Positions 47,384-56,890 of a stretch of 64,000 nt of DNA are shown here, one piece after another. The translations under genes were made by a program, and so were the position numbers. Origin of the DNA: Gemmatimonadales bacterium. Lineage in GTDB: Bacteria > Gemmatimonadota > Gemmatimonadetes > Gemmatimonadales > GWC2-71-9. The stretch is from contig JBBCJC010000001.1 in NCBI GenBank assembly GCA_037189525.1, positions 192,001 to 256,000 of the forward strand, written 5' to 3'. The notes under the pieces were generated by a model. It saw only the letters and a program-made list of their open reading frames with translations. It did no database searches and was not told the origin of the DNA. Within the stretch, counting starts at the first letter, position 1. Every line of letters begins with the position of its first letter.

Positions 47384-47399
47384 TGGACAGACTCTTGCC
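47384..47399 (+). promoter_or_regulatory. Putative sigma54 promoter (proximal) for the carbamoyltransferase operon
   Basis: TGGACAGACTCTTGCC; enhancer-like sites at 47252 (TGGTGC-N6-TCAACA) and 47282 (TGTTGC-N6-ACCACA). Confidence 0.6.
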
Positions 47400-47440
47400 C
47401 GGAGCAGAGCCGTCCCGATGGGAGGCGGACGAAAGGCGAC

Positions 47441-49270
47441 ATGGCGAGCACGTATATCCTGGGTATTTCGGCCTACTACCACGACAGCGCGGCAGCGTTG
47501 CTCAAGGACGGCGAGATTCTCGCCGCCGGCAGCGAGGAACGGTTCACCCGGAAAAAGGGCGACTCGGCGTTCCCGTCTCGCGCGGTGGAGTACTGCCTCA
47601 AGGAGGCCGGGATCACCCTGAGCCAGGTCGACGCGGTCGGTTTTTACGACAAGCCGCTGCTCAAGTTCGAACGGATTCTCGAGACATACCTCGAGGTCGC
47701 CCCGAAGGGATTCGGGTCGTTCCTGAAGGCGGGACCGCTCTGGATCAAGGAAAAGCTCTTTACCGACCGCCAGCTGCGCGACTCGCTCGACGGCTGGCAG
47801 GGGGATCTGCTGTACGCCGAGCACCATGAATCGCACGCGGCCAGCGCATTCTATCCCTCGCCGTTCGAAGAGGCGGCAGTCCTGACCATGGATGGCGTCG
47901 GCGAGTGGGCCACGGCCTCGTGGGGTGTGGGCAAGGGCGCCGACCTGACGCTGACCCGTGAACTGCGCTGGCCCGACTCGCTCGGCCTGCTCTATTCGGC
48001 CTTTACCTACTACACCGGCTTCAAGGTCAACTCCGGTGAGTACAAGGTGATGGGCCTCGCTCCCTATGGCCAGCCCAAGTACGTCGACCAGATCTACAAG
48101 CACTTGATCGACCTGCGTGAAGACGGGTCGTTCACGATGAACCAGAAGTACTTCAACTACTTGAGCGGCCTCACTATGACGAGTGAGGCGTTCAATGAGG
48201 TGATGGGCGGCCCGCCACGGGTGCCGGAGTCCAATCTGACGCAGCGCGAGATGGACCTGGCACGGTCGATTCAGGTCGTCTGCGAAGAGATCATGCTGCG
48301 CATGGCACGGACGGCGCATAAAGAGACCGGCCTGGAGAACCTCTGCCTGGCTGGCGGTGTGGCGCTCAACTGCGTCGGGAACGGCCGGATTCTTCGTGAA
48401 GGCCCGTTCAAGCGGCTCTGGATTCAGCCGGCCGCGGGTGATGCGGGCGGCGCGCTCGGCGTGGCGCAGCTGATCTGGCACCGCCACAAGAAGCAGCCGC
48501 GCACGTTGCGCCCCGGCAAGGACGGAATGAAAGGCACCTATCTCGGCCCCTCGTTCACGCCGGACGAAATCGAAAAGGCGCTGTCGGCCGAGGGCGCGGT
48601 CTTCGAGCGGCTCGACCGGGACACGCTGCTCGACCGGACCGCCGCGGCGCTGGCCGAGGGCAAGATCATCGGGTGGTTCAACGGCCGGATGGAGTTCGGC
48701 CCCCGCTCGCTGGGCTGCCGCAGCATCCTGGGCGATCCTCGCAGCCCGAAGATGCAGGCGGACATGAACATCAAAATCAAGTTTCGCGAGGGCTTCCGCC
48801 CCTTCGCACCGAGCGTCCTGCAGGAGCGCGCCTCCGAGTATTTCGAACTCGAAGGCGAGTCGCCGTACATGCTGCTGGTGGCGCCCGTCAAAAAGGAACG
48901 TCAGATCCCGATGACGGCCGAGCAGCAGCAGCTCTGGGGCATCGACATGCTGAACGTGCCCCGCTCCGACCTGCCGGCCATTACGCACATCGACTACTCG
49001 GCGCGGATCCAGACCGTCAGCCCGGACACCAATCCGGACTATCATGCGTTGATCAAGGCGTTCGAGTCCAAGACGGGATGCGGCGTGCTGGTCAATACGT
49101 CGTTCAACGTGCGCGGCGAGCCGATCGTCTGCACGCCGTTCGACGCCTGGCGCTGTTTCATGCGGACCCACATCGATTGCCTGGTGGTCGGCCCGTATTT
49201 TCTCGAGAAGCCTCGCCAGGCGGAATGGAAGGAGGGAGACGCATGGAAGCAGGAGTTCCAGCTCGACTGA
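47441..49270 (+). CDS. O-carbamoyltransferase (NodU/CmcH/SxtI family)
   Basis: YYHDSAAAL, EERFTR.K, HHESHAAS, GEYKVMGLAPYG, EFGPRSLG.RSIL, FRPFAP and NTSFNVRGEP. Confidence 0.96.
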   Translation: MASTYILGISAYYHDSAAALLKDGEILAAGSEERFTRKKGDSAFPSRAVEYCLKEAGITLSQVDAVGFYDKPLLKFERILETYLEVAPKGFGSFLKAGPLWIKEKLFTDRQLRDSLDGWQGDLLYAEHHESHAASAFYPSPFEEAAVLTMDGVGEWATASWGVGKGADLTLTRELRWPDSLGLLYSAFTYYTGFKVNSGEYKVMGLAPYGQPKYVDQIYKHLIDLREDGSFTMNQKYFNYLSGLTMTSEAFNEVMGGPPRVPESNLTQREMDLARSIQVVCEEIMLRMARTAHKETGLENLCLAGGVALNCVGNGRILREGPFKRLWIQPAAGDAGGALGVAQLIWHRHKKQPRTLRPGKDGMKGTYLGPSFTPDEIEKALSAEGAVFERLDRDTLLDRTAAALAEGKIIGWFNGRMEFGPRSLGCRSILGDPRSPKMQADMNIKIKFREGFRPFAPSVLQERASEYFELEGESPYMLLVAPVKKERQIPMTAEQQQLWGIDMLNVPRSDLPAITHIDYSARIQTVSPDTNPDYHALIKAFESKTGCGVLVNTSFNVRGEPIVCTPFDAWRCFMRTHIDCLVVGPYFLEKPRQAEWKEGDAWKQEFQLD

Positions 49271-49650
49271 GTCCCGCGGAGGGCCGCAAGTTCGGCCTGC
49301 TGGTCGGAGGCGCGTTCCTGGCGCTGGGCGCGTTCTTCTGGTGGCGTCAGGCGCAGCGTCCGATGATGATCACGGGCGGCCTGGGCAGCGCGCTGGTGCT
49401 CGCCGGGCTCTTGATTCCGGGATACCTCGGACCGATCTACCGCGGCTGGATGAAGTTTGCGCTTCTCCTGTCCAAGGTGACGACGCCGATTTTCATGAGC
49501 ATCGTGTATTTCGTCGTGATCGCGCCGATCGGCTTGCTGATGCGCGCGTTCGGCCGGCGGCCGCTTCCCGTCCCCGCCCGCGGCAGCTCGGCGTGGTGGG
49601 CACGGCCGACCGATCCACCAAACGACGACGACATGTACCGGCAGTTCTGA
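49243..49650 (+). CDS. SxtJ-like two-TM membrane protein
   Basis: RKFGL, P..LGP.YRGWM, YFVVIAPIGLLMR, S.W, ending RQF; follows the carbamoyltransferase. Confidence 0.85.
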   Translation: MEAGVPARLSPAEGRKFGLLVGGAFLALGAFFWWRQAQRPMMITGGLGSALVLAGLLIPGYLGPIYRGWMKFALLLSKVTTPIFMSIVYFVVIAPIGLLMRAFGRRPLPVPARGSSAWWARPTDPPNDDDMYRQF

Positions 49651-49671
49651 ACACTCATTCGGGAGCAGGGC

Positions 49672-49830
49672 ATGGCCAAGGGATCGCTGGTCGGTGAGTT
49701 GTGGTCGTTCATGAAGGCGCGGCGCAAGTGGTGGCTGGCGCCGATCATCGTCATCATGTTGCTGGTCGGGATGTTGCTGGTGTTCGCCCAGGGCTCGGTC
49801 CTGGCGCCGTTCATCTACACCATCTTTTAG
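49672..49830 (+). CDS. 52-aa membrane peptide, SxtK/DUF5989-like (absent from the ORF track)
   Basis: Translated by hand: MAKGSLVGELWSFMKARRKWWLAPIIVIMLLVGMLLVFAQGSVLAPFIYTIF; GGAG RBS. Confidence 0.9.
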   Translation: MAKGSLVGELWSFMKARRKWWLAPIIVIMLLVGMLLVFAQGSVLAPFIYTIF

Positions 49831-49848
49831 TACGACGGACGGGTCGCC

Positions 49849-50601
49849 ATGTCCCAGCGGACGATCATCGTCGTCCCGTGTTACAACGAGGCGGCCCGTC
49901 TGGATACGGCGGCCTTCCGCTCCTACGCTCACGACGCGGGGAATGGCACCACCTCGTTCCTGTTCGTCAACGACGGCAGCACCGACGATACGCTCGCGGT
50001 GCTGCAGCAGCTCGCGCGTGATCTGGGACCGGACCACGGCGTCCTCGATCTCCAGCCCAACGGTGGGAAGGCCGAAGCGGTGCGGCGCGGAGTGCTCCAC
50101 GCCATGGCCGCATCGCCCGGCGTCGTGGGGTTCTGGGATGCCGACCTGGCGACGCCGCTGGCCACCATCGGTAGCTTACAGAGTATCCTCGAGCAGCAGC
50201 CGAACATCGAGATGGTCTTCGGCGCCCGGGTCCAGTTACTCGGCCGCGCCATCCACCGGCACCACCGCCGCCACTATGCGGGGCGACTCTTTGCGACCAC
50301 GGTGTCGATCGTGCTCGACCTGCCGATCTACGACACCCAATGTGGCGCCAAGCTGTTTCGGGTAGGCCCCATGACGCCCGAGCTGTTTGCCGACCCCTTC
50401 CTGTCCCGCTGGGTCTTCGACGTCGAGATCATTGCGCGCCAGATGCGGGCGCATCGGCGGCACCGCGGTCGCGATGCCGCGCAGATCATCTTCGAATATC
50501 CGCTCGAGCGATGGACCGACGTTCCGGGCTCGAAGCTCTCCATGAGCGACTTCGTCCGGTCGATGTTCGACGTGCTGAAGATCTGGCATGCGTACCGATA
50601 A
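49849..50601 (+). CDS. Polyprenol-phosphate glycosyltransferase (GT2, DPM/DPG-synthase-like)
   Basis: VPCYNE, NDGSTD, GKAEAVR.G, DADLATP, DTQCGAKLF and W.FDVE. Confidence 0.92.
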   Translation: MSQRTIIVVPCYNEAARLDTAAFRSYAHDAGNGTTSFLFVNDGSTDDTLAVLQQLARDLGPDHGVLDLQPNGGKAEAVRRGVLHAMAASPGVVGFWDADLATPLATIGSLQSILEQQPNIEMVFGARVQLLGRAIHRHHRRHYAGRLFATTVSIVLDLPIYDTQCGAKLFRVGPMTPELFADPFLSRWVFDVEIIARQMRAHRRHRGRDAAQIIFEYPLERWTDVPGSKLSMSDFVRSMFDVLKIWHAYR

Positions 50602-52141
50602 GCCGTCGACGCTACTCCCGATCGCACTCGTGGTCGTCATGGTGGCGATGGCGCTGACCTGCGCCTGGGGCCGCGAGTTATGGCTCGACGAGGCCCACTC
50701 GGCGTACCTGGCCACGCATGGTCTGCCGACCGTCTGGCGGGGTGTGGTGGGCGACGTCCACCCGCCACTCTACTTCGTCGGTCTGTGGAGCTGGGGCGCG
50801 ATCGTCGGCACCGCGCCGATGGCGCTTCGGCTTTTCTCGATCATCGCCGCGGCCAGTGCGGTGGTGATCACCTGGCTCACGGCCCGAACCGGAGACGACG
50901 AGCAGGCCGGGACCGTCGCGATCGTCCTCATGGCGCTCTCCCCGGCACTGGTGATCTTTGCCGTCGAGATTCGGATGTACGCGCTCGCAATCTGCGCGAT
51001 TGCCCTGGCGCTCTATGCCATTCGCCGCGCACGTCTGGCACCCTCGACCCGGCGTGCACTGATCGCCGGGGGCCTCGGCGCCGTCGCCGCGTTTACCCAT
51101 TACGTCACGCTGATCGCCGTCGTGGGCCTGTTCGCCACCTGGTTCCTGGTCGAGTTACGGAATCGGGAGCGACGGCGTACCGCGCTGATCGCCGGCATCA
51201 CGGCCGCGCTCGCCATCGCGGCATGGCTCCCGATCCTGCTGGCCCAGCGCGCGCACAAAGCGACGCTGGGCGCGGATCTCACGGCCGCGTATGGCGATCC
51301 CGCCACGCTGGTGTTCGGATCGACCGCAGTCGCGCCGCGCAGTCTGGTATCGTCCTTCTTGCTCGCGGCGCAGGACACCGCGAGCATCCTGGGCGTCTTC
51401 CCGGCCGAATCGACGATCCTGCTCGCGACCCTGGCACTCCCGTTCGGCATCCTGATGCTGCTCGCCTTGCGCCGAGCCGGCGGCGGCGATCCCTGGACCT
51501 GGATCCTGATCGGTGGCGGGATGGCCACCGTGGTCGGCATGGTGCTGCTCGGCATCGGAGGGCGACGCTATCTGGTGCCGCTGATCCCGCTCAGCGCGCT
51601 GATTTTCGCGCGCGGCACGACCGACCTCCCGCGGTCGTGGACGCGGATCGTTCGCATCACACTGGTCGCGACGGCTGCCGTGCTGGTGGCCGGTTCTATC
51701 CGCGTTGTGCAGGCCCCCAAACCGACGCCGGTGCAGGACGCGATCCGCTATCTGAGCACCAACGCGGGACCGCAGGACATCGCCGTCTTCCATGCGCCCT
51801 ACGCGATGCTGCTGTTCGACTACTACGCGGATCGGACCCACCTGGCAATCCGTCGATCCGGCTTTCCGGAATCCACGATCGACTGGTGGCAGCGCCAGAC
51901 CTTCCAGGGCTGGGGCAGCGCCATACCGACACACAGCGACGTCGACCGTGTCGAACGACAGCTGCGCGACCTGCCCGACGCCGCGGCGCTCTGGCTCGTC
52001 CTCTATGAAACGGGCTACTACGATCCGACGAGCGCGCTCGAACACCGGCTCGGCACCGTCGGCGTGCCGACCGAGCCGTGGCGGTCGACCGACGGCGCCT
52101 GGCGCCTGGTTCGGATCGCGTCCGCGGGGCCGCACCCGTGA
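50588..52141 (+). CDS. GT-C fold membrane glycosyltransferase (PMT/ArnT-like)
   Basis: LWLDEA, DVHPPLYF, LRLFS and EIRMY; many TM helices. Confidence 0.88.
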   Translation: MRTDKPSTLLPIALVVVMVAMALTCAWGRELWLDEAHSAYLATHGLPTVWRGVVGDVHPPLYFVGLWSWGAIVGTAPMALRLFSIIAAASAVVITWLTARTGDDEQAGTVAIVLMALSPALVIFAVEIRMYALAICAIALALYAIRRARLAPSTRRALIAGGLGAVAAFTHYVTLIAVVGLFATWFLVELRNRERRRTALIAGITAALAIAAWLPILLAQRAHKATLGADLTAAYGDPATLVFGSTAVAPRSLVSSFLLAAQDTASILGVFPAESTILLATLALPFGILMLLALRRAGGGDPWTWILIGGGMATVVGMVLLGIGGRRYLVPLIPLSALIFARGTTDLPRSWTRIVRITLVATAAVLVAGSIRVVQAPKPTPVQDAIRYLSTNAGPQDIAVFHAPYAMLLFDYYADRTHLAIRRSGFPESTIDWWQRQTFQGWGSAIPTHSDVDRVERQLRDLPDAAALWLVLYETGYYDPTSALEHRLGTVGVPTEPWRSTDGAWRLVRIASAGPHP

Positions 52142-53259
52142 TCGTGCTGCCCCTCGAACGCGCCGCAGGCATCGACGCCGCGTTCTACGACTCGCGCGAT
52201 CCCGCCAGGCACGCATGCCAGGCGGAGATCCTCGCACGCGGAGGCCACCTGCCGGTCCTGCACCGCACCGAAACGGAAGGGCTCGACGGCAGCGGCGACC
52301 GGTGGTTCGTCGGCTTGCGCGAAACGGGTCAACCGTTCGCGGCGGGGTTCGCGGTCGACATCCGGGCGCCTCGGCATGCCCTGGGGCATCACGTGCTCCG
52401 CGTAGGCCACTTCGGCGCCGACATCCCGGACCGGTTCCGCGCCGCGGCGGCGGAGGCGCTTGCCCACCTGGCAAAGCGCAGCCGCCGGACCTTGCGGACC
52501 AACGTCGGAATCTTCGCTCTGACCAGCGATGCGATGCAGCAGTGGAGGGACGCGCTGGCATCGGTGGGCTTTACCGCCGAGTCCGATCCGTGGGGCTACC
52601 AGTACACGCTGATGGTCGACCTCCAGCGCTCGGAGGAGGAGATCCTGGCCTCCTTCTCGCGATCCGGCCGCCGCAACATCCGCGAGATCACCAAGTATGG
52701 TATCGAGGTAGAACCGGTCACGGACCCGGCCCTGGTCGGTCGCATCGATGCGCTGATGACGGAAACGATGGGGCGTACCGGGGGAACCTACGTTCCGGTG
52801 CCGTGGGCCAACCGACTCGAACTGGCTCGGGCCCACCCGAACTTGGTCCGACTCGTAGGCGCGTACCTGGGAAGCGATCGGGGCCCCGATTCGCTGGTGG
52901 CGTTTGCCTGGTCGTACAACCACGGCGCCATTGCCGAATACAGCGACGCGGCGTCGCTCCGGATCCCGGGCTCGCGGGCACCGCTGGCCTACGCACTGGT
53001 CTGGGACCTGATCCGCTGGGCCCGCAGCGTCGGCGCCTCCTGGGTCGACCTAGGCGGTGTGACCGCCGGACGATATGATGACGCCACGGACCCGCTGGGC
53101 GGCATCTCCGACTTCAAACGCTCGTTTTCCGAGGACGTCCGGCACGTTGGCACGGAAATGGTACTCCATGCCACGACGATCCGAGCGACCGCGGCGCGTT
53201 GGCTCACCAGCCGGCGGGCGGCCGCGACCGCGCCATCACCTGATTCGGCTTCTCGATGA
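52138..53259 (+). CDS. FemAB/FemX-like GNAT aminoacyl/acyl transferase
   Basis: TLMVDL..SEEEILASFS...RRNIR, LVWDLIRWA, VDLGG and GISDFKRSF; GTGA overlap. Confidence 0.8.
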   Translation: MIVLPLERAAGIDAAFYDSRDPARHACQAEILARGGHLPVLHRTETEGLDGSGDRWFVGLRETGQPFAAGFAVDIRAPRHALGHHVLRVGHFGADIPDRFRAAAAEALAHLAKRSRRTLRTNVGIFALTSDAMQQWRDALASVGFTAESDPWGYQYTLMVDLQRSEEEILASFSRSGRRNIREITKYGIEVEPVTDPALVGRIDALMTETMGRTGGTYVPVPWANRLELARAHPNLVRLVGAYLGSDRGPDSLVAFAWSYNHGAIAEYSDAASLRIPGSRAPLAYALVWDLIRWARSVGASWVDLGGVTAGRYDDATDPLGGISDFKRSFSEDVRHVGTEMVLHATTIRATAARWLTSRRAAATAPSPDSASR

Positions 53260-54497
53260 CGACACCAGACGCGATCGTGAGCGTCCCCTCCGCCGATTCG
53301 GTTAGCGCACGCGCCGACGACAACACGGGACAACCGGCCGGACGGGCGCACACCGGACGGATCCGCTCGATCGACGGACTCCGTGGCGTGGCCGTTCTCA
53401 CGGTAATGCTGCTCCACTTCACGCTGATGCGCCCCTCCAATCTCTGGGAGGGCGGACTGGTCCAATTGCTGGACCTCGGCTGGATCGGGGTGGACCTCTT
53501 CTTCCTGGTGTCCGGTTTCCTGATTACAGGAATCCTCTGGGAGGCGCGCGGAACCGACGGCTACTTCTGGCGGTTTTATACCAGGCGGACGCTTCGGATC
53601 TTTCCGCTCTACTACGCGTTCCTCTTTGCGCTGCTGGTGGTCCTGCCACTCTTGCTGAGCCAGTACGAAGCCGAACACGCCACGAACGACCGGCGGATCT
53701 GGCTCTGGACCTACCTCAGCAACTTCCTGATGGCCCGCGACGGCTGGGAGGGGATGCCGTCGCATACCACGCATCTGTGGTCCCTGGCCGTCGAGGAGCA
53801 GTTCTACCTGATCTGGCCGCTGGTCGTGTTCCTGCTGAGCTACCGTGGTCTGGTGGGGACCTGCCTCGCGATTCTCGGCCTGTCTCCCCTGGTGCGCGCG
53901 GCGCTCGACCATGCACTCCCGAACGGCATCGCCGCCTACACGCTCCTGCCGGCCCGGCTCGACAGCCTGGCCCTTGGCGCTCTGCTTGCTCTGCTGGTCA
54001 GAACCGGGCCATCCACGATCGACCTGCGACGTGGCGGTGTCTGGTTGCTCGGGACGGGAACGGTCGGCCTGATCGGCTTGAGCGCCTTGGGTCGCCTTCA
54101 CGGATGGGGCGGGCTGCTGCCGCCCCTGCACTATGACGTGCAAGTCGTCGGCTATTCGCTGATTGCGGTGGCGTTCGGCGGCGTCCTGTTGCTCGCGCTC
54201 ACGGCGGCACCGGGCTCCCGACTCGATCGACTGCTGGCCACACCGTTCCTGCAAAGCCTGGGCAAATACAGCTATGCGCTGTACCTGTTCCACGTCCCGC
54301 TGCGCAACATCATCCGAGAGCGGGTGCGCGACGCGGGCGGGTTGCCACGCATCGGCGGCTCCGAACTGCCGGCCCAGATTCTCCTGTTCGTGGTGGCCAT
54401 CGGCATCACCTGGTGCCTGGCCGTCGTTAGCTGGCATCTCTTCGAAAAACACTGGCTCCGCCTCAAAGACCAGGTTCCCTACGGGAAAGCCGCATGA
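53256..54497 (+). CDS. Acyltransferase family 3 (OafA-like)
   Basis: DGLRGVA, GVDLFFLVSGFLIT, RRTLRIFPLYY, HLWSLAVEEQFY and SYALYLFH. Confidence 0.95.
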   Translation: MTTPDAIVSVPSADSVSARADDNTGQPAGRAHTGRIRSIDGLRGVAVLTVMLLHFTLMRPSNLWEGGLVQLLDLGWIGVDLFFLVSGFLITGILWEARGTDGYFWRFYTRRTLRIFPLYYAFLFALLVVLPLLLSQYEAEHATNDRRIWLWTYLSNFLMARDGWEGMPSHTTHLWSLAVEEQFYLIWPLVVFLLSYRGLVGTCLAILGLSPLVRAALDHALPNGIAAYTLLPARLDSLALGALLALLVRTGPSTIDLRRGGVWLLGTGTVGLIGLSALGRLHGWGGLLPPLHYDVQVVGYSLIAVAFGGVLLLALTAAPGSRLDRLLATPFLQSLGKYSYALYLFHVPLRNIIRERVRDAGGLPRIGGSELPAQILLFVVAIGITWCLAVVSWHLFEKHWLRLKDQVPYGKAA

Positions 54498-55984
54498 GTA
54501 CGCCTGCGCGGCCGACGAACCGGCTGGCGTTCAACACTCTGGTCTACGGCGCCGGCATCGTGATCAGTCGGGCGGCAGCATTCATCATGCTGCCCGTCTA
54601 TACCCGCATGCTCACGCCAGCCGACTACGGTCTGCTGCAGATCCTCGACATGACCGTCGAGGTGGCGATCATCCTGGTCAGTGCCGGCATCACGATCGGT
54701 GTCCTGCGCTTCTACTTCAAGGCCACGAGCGAAACCGAACGCAACCAGGTTCTGGCGAGCGCGCTGGTGTTTCAGACCATCCTGAATGCGGTCGGCTCCC
54801 TGCTCATCGTTGCGGCGGCCCGGCCGATCCACCTCCACGCCCTCGACGGCGCCGGTACGATCTCGATGGTCTACCTGGCGGCGGCCAATCTGACGGTCGG
54901 CCTGCTGATGACGGTGCCGCTGCTCAAAATGCAGGCGGAAGGCCGGTCGGGGCTCTACATGGCCGCGTCGGTCACCAAGCTCCTGATCCAGCTCACGCTC
55001 AACATCGTGTTCCTGGTGGGCCTCAAGACCGGACCCGTCGGTATTCTCTGGAGCACGTTCCTGAGCAACGCCGTGATCGGGTCGATTGCCGTGTGGTGGA
55101 TGCTGCGCAGTACCGGATTCGCGGTCGACCGATCGGCGATCCGGGATCTGCGACGCTTCGGGATTCCCTACCAGATCATGATCGCGGGAACGTTCCTCCT
55201 CGCGTTCGGTGATCGGTTCATTCTCCAATCGCTCAGCGGCCTCACCGCCGTGGGGATCTACTCGCTGGCCTATCAGTTCGGCTTCCTCCTGGTCAACCTC
55301 GGCGCGACACCCTTCTTCCGGGCCTGGAACCCGATCCGGTTCCAGATCGCGACCAACCCGCAAACCGAGCGGGATGCGACGTATGCCCGTGGATTTCGGC
55401 AACTCGACCTGATCCACGTCACGCTGGGCATCGGCATCGCGGTCTACGTCAAGCCGGTCCTCATGATCATGTCGGATCCGGCCTACCATGGAGCGGCCTC
55501 CCTGGCTCCGCTGATCCTGCTCGCCTATCAGTTTCAGACGTGGGCGGATGTGGTTCGCTTCGGGATCGACGTATCGGAGAGGACCAAGTACGCCTCGTAC
55601 GCCGTCTGGATCACCGTCTTCGTGGCACTCGGCCTCTACCTGGTGCTGATTCCCAGGTTCGGCGCGCTCGGCGCGGCTATGACCGCCGTGGTAGCCTTCT
55701 GGCTGCGTTTCCAGCTGACCTTCTTCTGGGCACAGCGGCTCTTCCCGATCCGATATGACTGGGGATTTCACGTGCGGCTCCTCGCGGGAGCCACGGCGCT
55801 GACGATCGGATACTTGCTGATCCCGGTTGACGGCCTGCTCCCGACGATCGGCCTCGCGACCGCGATCGTGGCGGCCTACTTCGCGGTGACGTGGTTCGGC
55901 GTGATGTACCCGGAGGATCGGCAGCAGGTCCTGACCATTGCACGAGGGCTGCCCGCCCGCTTCAAACGCACCCGCACGGCGTAG
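54494..55984 (+). CDS. wzx: Polysaccharide flippase (Wzx/MOP family)
   Basis: Many TM helices; LPVYTRML.PADYG, DRFIL, VGIYSLAY and LIPRFGALGAA. Confidence 0.88.
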   Translation: MSTPARPTNRLAFNTLVYGAGIVISRAAAFIMLPVYTRMLTPADYGLLQILDMTVEVAIILVSAGITIGVLRFYFKATSETERNQVLASALVFQTILNAVGSLLIVAAARPIHLHALDGAGTISMVYLAAANLTVGLLMTVPLLKMQAEGRSGLYMAASVTKLLIQLTLNIVFLVGLKTGPVGILWSTFLSNAVIGSIAVWWMLRSTGFAVDRSAIRDLRRFGIPYQIMIAGTFLLAFGDRFILQSLSGLTAVGIYSLAYQFGFLLVNLGATPFFRAWNPIRFQIATNPQTERDATYARGFRQLDLIHVTLGIGIAVYVKPVLMIMSDPAYHGAASLAPLILLAYQFQTWADVVRFGIDVSERTKYASYAVWITVFVALGLYLVLIPRFGALGAAMTAVVAFWLRFQLTFFWAQRLFPIRYDWGFHVRLLAGATALTIGYLLIPVDGLLPTIGLATAIVAAYFAVTWFGVMYPEDRQQVLTIARGLPARFKRTRTA

Positions 55985-55993
55985 TCCGCCGTT

Positions 55994-56890
55994 CTACGCA
56001 GCCAGCAACCCGGCCAGCCGCATCGCAAATCCGTCGATCGAGATACCGGCGGGCACATTCCAGCGGGGTAGATCGAACGGTCCGGCGGCGTTGGACATCC
56101 AACCGCCGTCGACCCGAAACGCCGCCTGATACCCGACCTGCCTGGCCACATCGCGGACGGTGTCATCGGCCAAGCCGTAGGGCCAGGAAATCCAGGGTTG
56201 CCAGGGCACGTTCTGCGCAGCGAGCCATGCCAGCGGACGGCGCAGCTCCTCCTGCAGGTCGTCGCCCCGGAGGCGCGTCAGGTTCGGATGCGACCATGTA
56301 TGACTCGCCAGCGTCACGTCGGTCGACGGCAGCTGTCGAGCAAGCGATTGCCACGAGCTCGACACCCGGGACCCCGACATGACCGTCCACGGCGCCCCGG
56401 CCTCGGCCGCCCAGGCGCCGACCTCGGCGCCCAGCCCGCGGCCCCGGGACAGCGCGGTCGCGCGGATGGCGTCCCAGTCCTCCCCGGCCCCCGCCAGCGC
56501 GTCCCACCAGAACGTCTCACCTTCGAGGAGGCCCGGCGCCACGAATACCGTCGACGGCAAACCCCGCTGCGTCAGCTCGGGCAACCCAAGCGAGACCGCG
56601 CCGTGATACGCGTCATCGAACGTAATGGCAACCCGAGGGCGGCGCGCCCGCTGCGGAGCCGGCGCCAGCAGCGCCGCCAGCGGCACGACATCGCAACTCC
56701 GCGTCAGCAGCTCGAGTTGGGCACGGAAGTCGTCGAGAGCAAGGTGGAGCGAGGCGTCGCCGCGGATCGGGTCGCCCGCGGGGACGATGTTGTGATACGC
56801 CAGCACCAGCGCATCGCGGCAACGGAAGCTGCGCAAGACCCGGAGGAGCCCCGAACCGTGCAGCGTCCGCTCGACCGCTCGCTTGATCAC
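55994..56890 (-). CDS. Polysaccharide deacetylase (CE4)
   Basis: VLAYH, ITFDDAY, SHTWSHP and SWPYG; GTGA overlap with the upstream gene. Confidence 0.92.
   Translation of the reverse strand: MIKRAVERTLHGSGLLRVLRSFRCRDALVLAYHNIVPAGDPIRGDASLHLALDDFRAQLELLTRSCDVVPLAALLAPAPQRARRPRVAITFDDAYHGAVSLGLPELTQRGLPSTVFVAPGLLEGETFWWDALAGAGEDWDAIRATALSRGRGLGAEVGAWAAEAGAPWTVMSGSRVSSSWQSLARQLPSTDVTLASHTWSHPNLTRLRGDDLQEELRRPLAWLAAQNVPWQPWISWPYGLADDTVRDVARQVGYQAAFRVDGGWMSNAAGPFDLPRWNVPAGISIDGFAMRLAGLLAA

Noticed and set aside
44786..49830. sxtI/sxtJ/sxtK/sxtL-like genes suggesting saxitoxin biosynthesis
   Set aside because: No sxtA-, sxtG- or sxtB-like core genes are present. This module is widespread outside toxin clusters and here sits among glycan genes.
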